DNA from: an uncultured Gammaproteobacteria bacterium
Lineage (GTDB): Bacteria; Pseudomonadota; Gammaproteobacteria; Pseudomonadales; UBA7434
Assembly: GCA_963968645.1 (NCBI GenBank)
Contig: CAXAHI010000001.1
Coordinates: forward strand, 1-55,213
Direction of reading: 5' to 3'
DNA: 55,213 nucleotides
Shown here: piece after piece, positions 51,732 through 55,213 of the stretch
Layout of the letters: each line of letters starts with the position of its first letter
Numbering within the stretch: the stretch's first letter is position 1
Program-made: the position numbers and the translations under genes
Notes under the pieces: model-generated
Told to the model about the DNA's origin: nothing
Database searches by the model: none
Seen by the model: the letters and a program-made list of their open reading frames with translations, nothing else

Positions 51732-52355
51732 ATGATACACCCTGAATTTGTTATCGCTAGCGGCAACGCAGGCAAGCTAAAAGAATTCCAGCAATTGTTT
51801 TCTGCAACAGATATTAGTATTTGTCCGCAAAGCCAATACGATGTGCCCGAGGCCATTGAAGATGGGCTTAGTTTTATTGAAAACGCGATTATAAAAGCAC
51901 GTAATGCCGCGCATCATACTGGCTTGCCTGCTATAGCAGATGATTCTGGTTTAGAGGTGGATGCACTTAATGGCGCGCCGGGTATTTATTCAGCGCGCTT
52001 TAATGAAGATGATAATGGCGTCAGAACTAGCGATGAAGCTAATAATGAAAAGCTACTATCGCTACTAGAAGGTAAGCCTGAAGCTGAGCGAAGTGCGCGC
52101 TTTGTGTGTGCATTGGCGTTTATGCGTCATGAAAAAGATCCATCACCAGTAGTGTGTGTCGCAAGATGGGACGGCATTATTTTAGCGGTACCACAAGGTT
52201 CAAGCGGCTTTGGCTATGACCCTTTGTTTTATCTTCCAGAATACGGTTGCGCAAGTGCCGAGCTTGATCGTGACGTTAAAAATCGCATTAGTCATCGTGG
52301 CCAAGCCTTAAAGTTATTGTTGGCGCAATTAAATAGCTTAGGTTTAATTAGTTGA
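51732..52355 (+). CDS. rdgB: dITP/XTP pyrophosphatase RdgB
   Basis: IASGNAGKLKEF, SARF and GFGYDPLF motifs of the Ham1/RdgB family. Confidence 0.95.
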   Translation: MIHPEFVIASGNAGKLKEFQQLFSATDISICPQSQYDVPEAIEDGLSFIENAIIKARNAAHHTGLPAIADDSGLEVDALNGAPGIYSARFNEDDNGVRTSDEANNEKLLSLLEGKPEAERSARFVCALAFMRHEKDPSPVVCVARWDGIILAVPQGSSGFGYDPLFYLPEYGCASAELDRDVKNRISHRGQALKLLLAQLNSLGLIS

Positions 52356-53530
52356 TTAACACACCGCCACTGGGTTTATATATTCATATTCCTTGGTGTG
52401 TTAAAAAATGCCCTTACTGCGATTTCAATTCACACGAGCACCATTCAAAACAGCTTCCCGAAAAAGAGTATCTCAATGCTTTAATCAATGACCTTGATAG
52501 CGAGTTGAAGCTCGTTGATGAGCAAAGAGAAATTCATTCTGTTTTTATTGGTGGTGGCACTCCCAGCCTTTTATCGGGCGACTTTTATATTCAATTGTTT
52601 GCAGCGTTAAATCAGCGGCTTAACTTTTTTGTTAATGCAGAAATTACTATAGAGGCTAATCCAGGCGCAGTAGATGAAGCAAACTTTAAGGGCTTTATTG
52701 ATGCGGGTATTAATCGCATCTCATTGGGTGCGCAAAGTTTTTCGGATGCGGCGCTAAATCGCTTAGGCCGTATTCACGACAATCGTAGTATTTATCATGC
52801 CTTTGAGACTGCCCGTAGGTGTGGCTTTGATAATATAAATATTGATCTTATGCATGGTTTACCCGAGCAGACTTTAGCAGAAGGCTTGGATGATTTAAAA
52901 GCAGCATTTGAATTGTCACCAGAGCATATTTCTTGGTATCAATTAACCATAGAAAAAAATACGGTTTTTTATAATAGGCCACCAACATTGCCTGTTGAAA
53001 ACATATTAGATAATTTGTTTATAACTGGCTTAGAGATTTTGGCTAATGCGGGTTATCAGCAATATGAAGTGTCAGCGTTTGCGCGAGATGCAAAACAGAG
53101 CCAGCATAATAAAAACTATTGGCGCTTTGGAGACTATATAGGTATAGGTGCGGGGGCGCATGGAAAAATTACAGGCGGCAATGGCTCAGTGACCCGCCGC
53201 TGGAAAACGCGCTCGCCTAGTGACTATTTAAATTTAGAAAAAAATATTAATGCAGAAAACAATATTAATGTAGAAAACAAGTTAGCTGGTTCAACAGTGA
53301 TTGCAAAAGAAGATTTGCCACTAGAGTTTATGATGAATGCCTTGCGATTGAATCAGGGCTTTACGTCACAGCTATTTGAACAGCGAACAGGTCTTGATTT
53401 CTCTCTCGTTCAAGATCCAATTCTCCAGCTGCAGGATCAAGGGTTAATGGATCTGAGTGGCAAGCACTATCATACAACTGAGAAAGGGCGTTTGTTTTTA
53501 AATAACGTTATTGCCAAGTTTTCTGAATAA
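52352..53530 (+). CDS. hemW: radical SAM heme chaperone HemW (HemN-like, oxygen-independent coproporphyrinogen oxidase-like)
   Basis: CVKKCPYCDF (CxxxCxxC) radical SAM cluster. It has the HemW-type short N-terminus. Its TTG start overlaps the rdgB stop by 4 nt. Confidence 0.92.
   Translation: MINTPPLGLYIHIPWCVKKCPYCDFNSHEHHSKQLPEKEYLNALINDLDSELKLVDEQREIHSVFIGGGTPSLLSGDFYIQLFAALNQRLNFFVNAEITIEANPGAVDEANFKGFIDAGINRISLGAQSFSDAALNRLGRIHDNRSIYHAFETARRCGFDNINIDLMHGLPEQTLAEGLDDLKAAFELSPEHISWYQLTIEKNTVFYNRPPTLPVENILDNLFITGLEILANAGYQQYEVSAFARDAKQSQHNKNYWRFGDYIGIGAGAHGKITGGNGSVTRRWKTRSPSDYLNLEKNINAENNINVENKLAGSTVIAKEDLPLEFMMNALRLNQGFTSQLFEQRTGLDFSLVQDPILQLQDQGLMDLSGKHYHTTEKGRLFLNNVIAKFSE
53243..53278 (+). 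repeat. 18-bp in-frame tandem duplication inside hemW
   Basis: AATATTAATGCAGAAAAC (53243-53260) is followed by AATATTAATGTAGAAAAC (53261-53278). There is one mismatch, and the pair encodes NINAEN-NINVEN. Confidence 0.9.
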
Positions 53531-53532
53531 CG

Positions 53533-53552
53533 GGCGCTAATCAACTAGCGCC
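53533..53552. terminator. hairpin between the convergent hemW and CBS genes (possible bidirectional terminator)
   Basis: GGCGCTA-ATCAAC-TAGCGCC, a 7-bp stem with a 6-nt loop. It is followed by TTTAATAT on the + strand and overlaps the TAG stop of the CBS gene. The U-tract is weak. Confidence 0.4.
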
Positions 53553-53923
53553 TTTAATATATCCTGTCTAGAAACAATGCCGACTAAAACGCCAGCTTCA
53601 ACTACAGGCATCATGCGGCGACAATTTTTAAGAAATATATCTGAAACAGAACTGAGCTCTTCATCAGGAGAGACGGTTTCTGGTGTTTCGGTCATTTGAT
53701 CTTTGACTAAAGACGCGCCTTCATTAAAGTAGCCTTCGACTAATGTGGCGCGCATACAATCGGCCTCAGAAAGTAGGCCGACCAATTCTTGTTGTTCATT
53801 TACGACGGGTGCGGCCGACTGATGATATTCAAGAAGCTTGCGAACCGCTGTCGCTAAAGATTGCTCAGGGTTAACCGTTGTATAGTGCTTTGCCATAAAA
53901 TCACGGACGCGCTTAGTTTTCAT
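53537..53923 (-). CDS. CBS domain pair protein
   Basis: 128 aa with two CBS repeats (VNPEQSLATAVRKLLEYHQSAAPVV and VSPDEELSSVSDIFLKNCRRMMPVV). Confidence 0.85.
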   Translation of the reverse strand: MKTKRVRDFMAKHYTTVNPEQSLATAVRKLLEYHQSAAPVVNEQQELVGLLSEADCMRATLVEGYFNEGASLVKDQMTETPETVSPDEELSSVSDIFLKNCRRMMPVVEAGVLVGIVSRQDILKALVD

Positions 53924-53989
53924 TAGGCTTTTCCTTTTGTTAGCAATTTAAAATGAGTTACTTAAGATCAACAATTCGTTTCAATTGAT

Positions 53990-54709
53990 TTATTTTAGCG
54001 GTTCCTTTGGAAGTGCGCGAAAGACCATATCCCAAACACCATGACCTAATTTTTGACCACGACGTTCAAATTTTGTTTCTGGTCGGCCATAGTCTTCAGG
54101 GGCTACAAATAATTTATCGCCTGCAACATTTTCAAATAATGATTGCTGAGACATTAGCTTTACTACGTAGTCTGCATAGGGCTGCCAATCGGTCGCAAAG
54201 TGAAATAATCCGCCTTCATGTAAGCGTGAATGAATTAATTCTAAAAAAGAATGTTGAACGAGTCGGCGTTTATGATGTTTAGTCTTATGCCATGGATCAG
54301 GAAAATAAAGATTCAGTCGCGATAAGCTCTGCTCTGCTGTGCACTGCTTTAATACTTTAACAGCGTCGTCATTAAACACGCGTATATTCTTTATTGCTTT
54401 ATTTTCAACTAATGAGAGTAAGCGACCGATGCCTGGCGAATGAACTTCGACACCAATAAAGTTTTGCTCAGGTTCATTCTCGGCCATGGTTGCTAGTGAA
54501 TCACCCATACCAAAACCGATTTCCATGTTTAGTGGGTTTTCATTACCAAAGGCCTTGGCATAATCGAGGGTGTGTTCACTCAGCTTGAGTCCCCATTGTG
54601 CTAAATGTGAATCTAAGCCTGTGCGTTGTGCCTCAGTCATTCTTCCGCTTCGTATTACAAAACTGCGAATGGGGAATTTAGTTTTATCTTCTTTATCTTG
54701 CTCGTTCAT
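53990..54709 (-). CDS. trmB: tRNA (guanine46-N7)-methyltransferase
   Basis: EIGFGMGDSL SAM motif and the YFPDPWHKTKHHKRR signature. Confidence 0.94.
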   Translation of the reverse strand: MNEQDKEDKTKFPIRSFVIRSGRMTEAQRTGLDSHLAQWGLKLSEHTLDYAKAFGNENPLNMEIGFGMGDSLATMAENEPEQNFIGVEVHSPGIGRLLSLVENKAIKNIRVFNDDAVKVLKQCTAEQSLSRLNLYFPDPWHKTKHHKRRLVQHSFLELIHSRLHEGGLFHFATDWQPYADYVVKLMSQQSLFENVAGDKLFVAPEDYGRPETKFERRGQKLGHGVWDMVFRALPKEPLK

Positions 54710-54732
54710 AGTCTTGGTTCAGTTAATCGTTA

Positions 54733-55119
54733 TTAAATTTTAAAGCTACTAATAAGTAGCAATAGCCAGCCGACAATAAAGCTCATGCCGCCAAAAGGCG
54801 TAATTAATCCTACCGGCATAAAGCCAAGGTGGCGAATATCAGTGCTAGCTAACAGATACAGTGAGCCGCTAAACAGAATTATACCTATTATAAAGGCAAT
54901 GCCGCTGGCCATTAATACTTTGCTATCGGGCAGTTGGTAAGCCAGTAAGCCTACAGCGAGTAATGCTAGAGTATGCCAAAAGTGGTACTGCACGCCGGTT
55001 TCATAAACGCTTAATAGCTCTGGTGTTAGGCGGGCTTTAAGTGCATGAGCGCCAAAGGCGCCAATCATAACAGCGAGTGCGCCGTTCAATGCTGCTAGCT
55101 GAATAAATAATTTGGCCAT
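54733..55119 (-). CDS. DUF423 (YgdD-like) small membrane protein
   Basis: 128 aa with four TM helices, plus the GAFGAHALK and YHFWHTLALL motifs typical of DUF423. Confidence 0.82.
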   Translation of the reverse strand: MAKLFIQLAALNGALAVMIGAFGAHALKARLTPELLSVYETGVQYHFWHTLALLAVGLLAYQLPDSKVLMASGIAFIIGIILFSGSLYLLASTDIRHLGFMPVGLITPFGGMSFIVGWLLLLISSFKI

Positions 55120-55213
55120 AGTTGGCGATGTCTCTCTTTATTGGTTTACCGTTTATTCGGTGAATGCGATACCTATTAATCGACGACTGATAATCGATGC
55201 CTAGTGAATAGCA

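Overview
This window is a core chromosomal segment of a moderately AT-rich gammaproteobacterium, centred on the dnaA/replication-origin neighbourhood. About 50 genes are tightly packed and nearly all are housekeeping. From left to right:

- **Origin cluster, minus strand:** mnmE-yidC-yidD-rnpA-rpmH. rpmH is missing from the ORF track and was recovered by hand.
- **Origin spacer and replication genes:** an AT-rich ~0.7-kb spacer with DnaA boxes (candidate oriC/dnaA promoter), then dnaA-dnaN-recF-gyrB.
- **Minus-strand block:** a PlsC-like acyltransferase, glyS-glyQ, trkH-trkA, rsmB-fmt-def.
- **Plus-strand block:** a TsaP-like LysM protein, dprA, purE, tsaC, hemF, aroE.
- **Small less-conserved patch:** a secreted TIGR03790-like unknown, a gamma-carbonic-anhydrase-like protein, a YheV-like zinc ribbon and a MATE transporter.
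- **Complete aa3-type cytochrome c oxidase structural and biogenesis cluster:** coxB, coxA, cox11, coxC, DUF2909, SURF1, a cryptic Sco-like protein, COX15, the heme O synthase and SenC/Sco.
- **Small accessory pair:** a secreted SNase-like nuclease and a small secreted protein.
- **Remaining genes:** polA and recG (convergent), an SDR, a VanZ-like protein, metX-metW-DUF4426-rdgB-hemW, a CBS protein, trmB and DUF423.

As I recall it, the gene order parallels the Pseudomonas aeruginosa blocks PA0001-25, PA0105-14 and PA0386-90. This is from memory and unverified.

I see no tRNA or rRNA genes, CRISPR arrays, transposases, integrases, prophage genes or recognisable defence genes. I also found no convincing multi-gene novel system. 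The items most worth follow-up are:

- the TIGR03790-like secreted protein fused onto the end of the aroE transcription unit;
- the divergent Sco-like CxxxC protein inside the cox cluster;
- the secreted nuclease/small-protein pair after senC;
- two long ORF-free spacers carrying statistically unlikely short-motif arrays: TGTTAC upstream of polA and CGATATT upstream of coxB;
- an ~80% identical 70-bp direct repeat pair cut by the left window edge.

Several ORF-track starts are over-extended, and I trimmed them to starts supported by RBS spacing or homologue N-termini.
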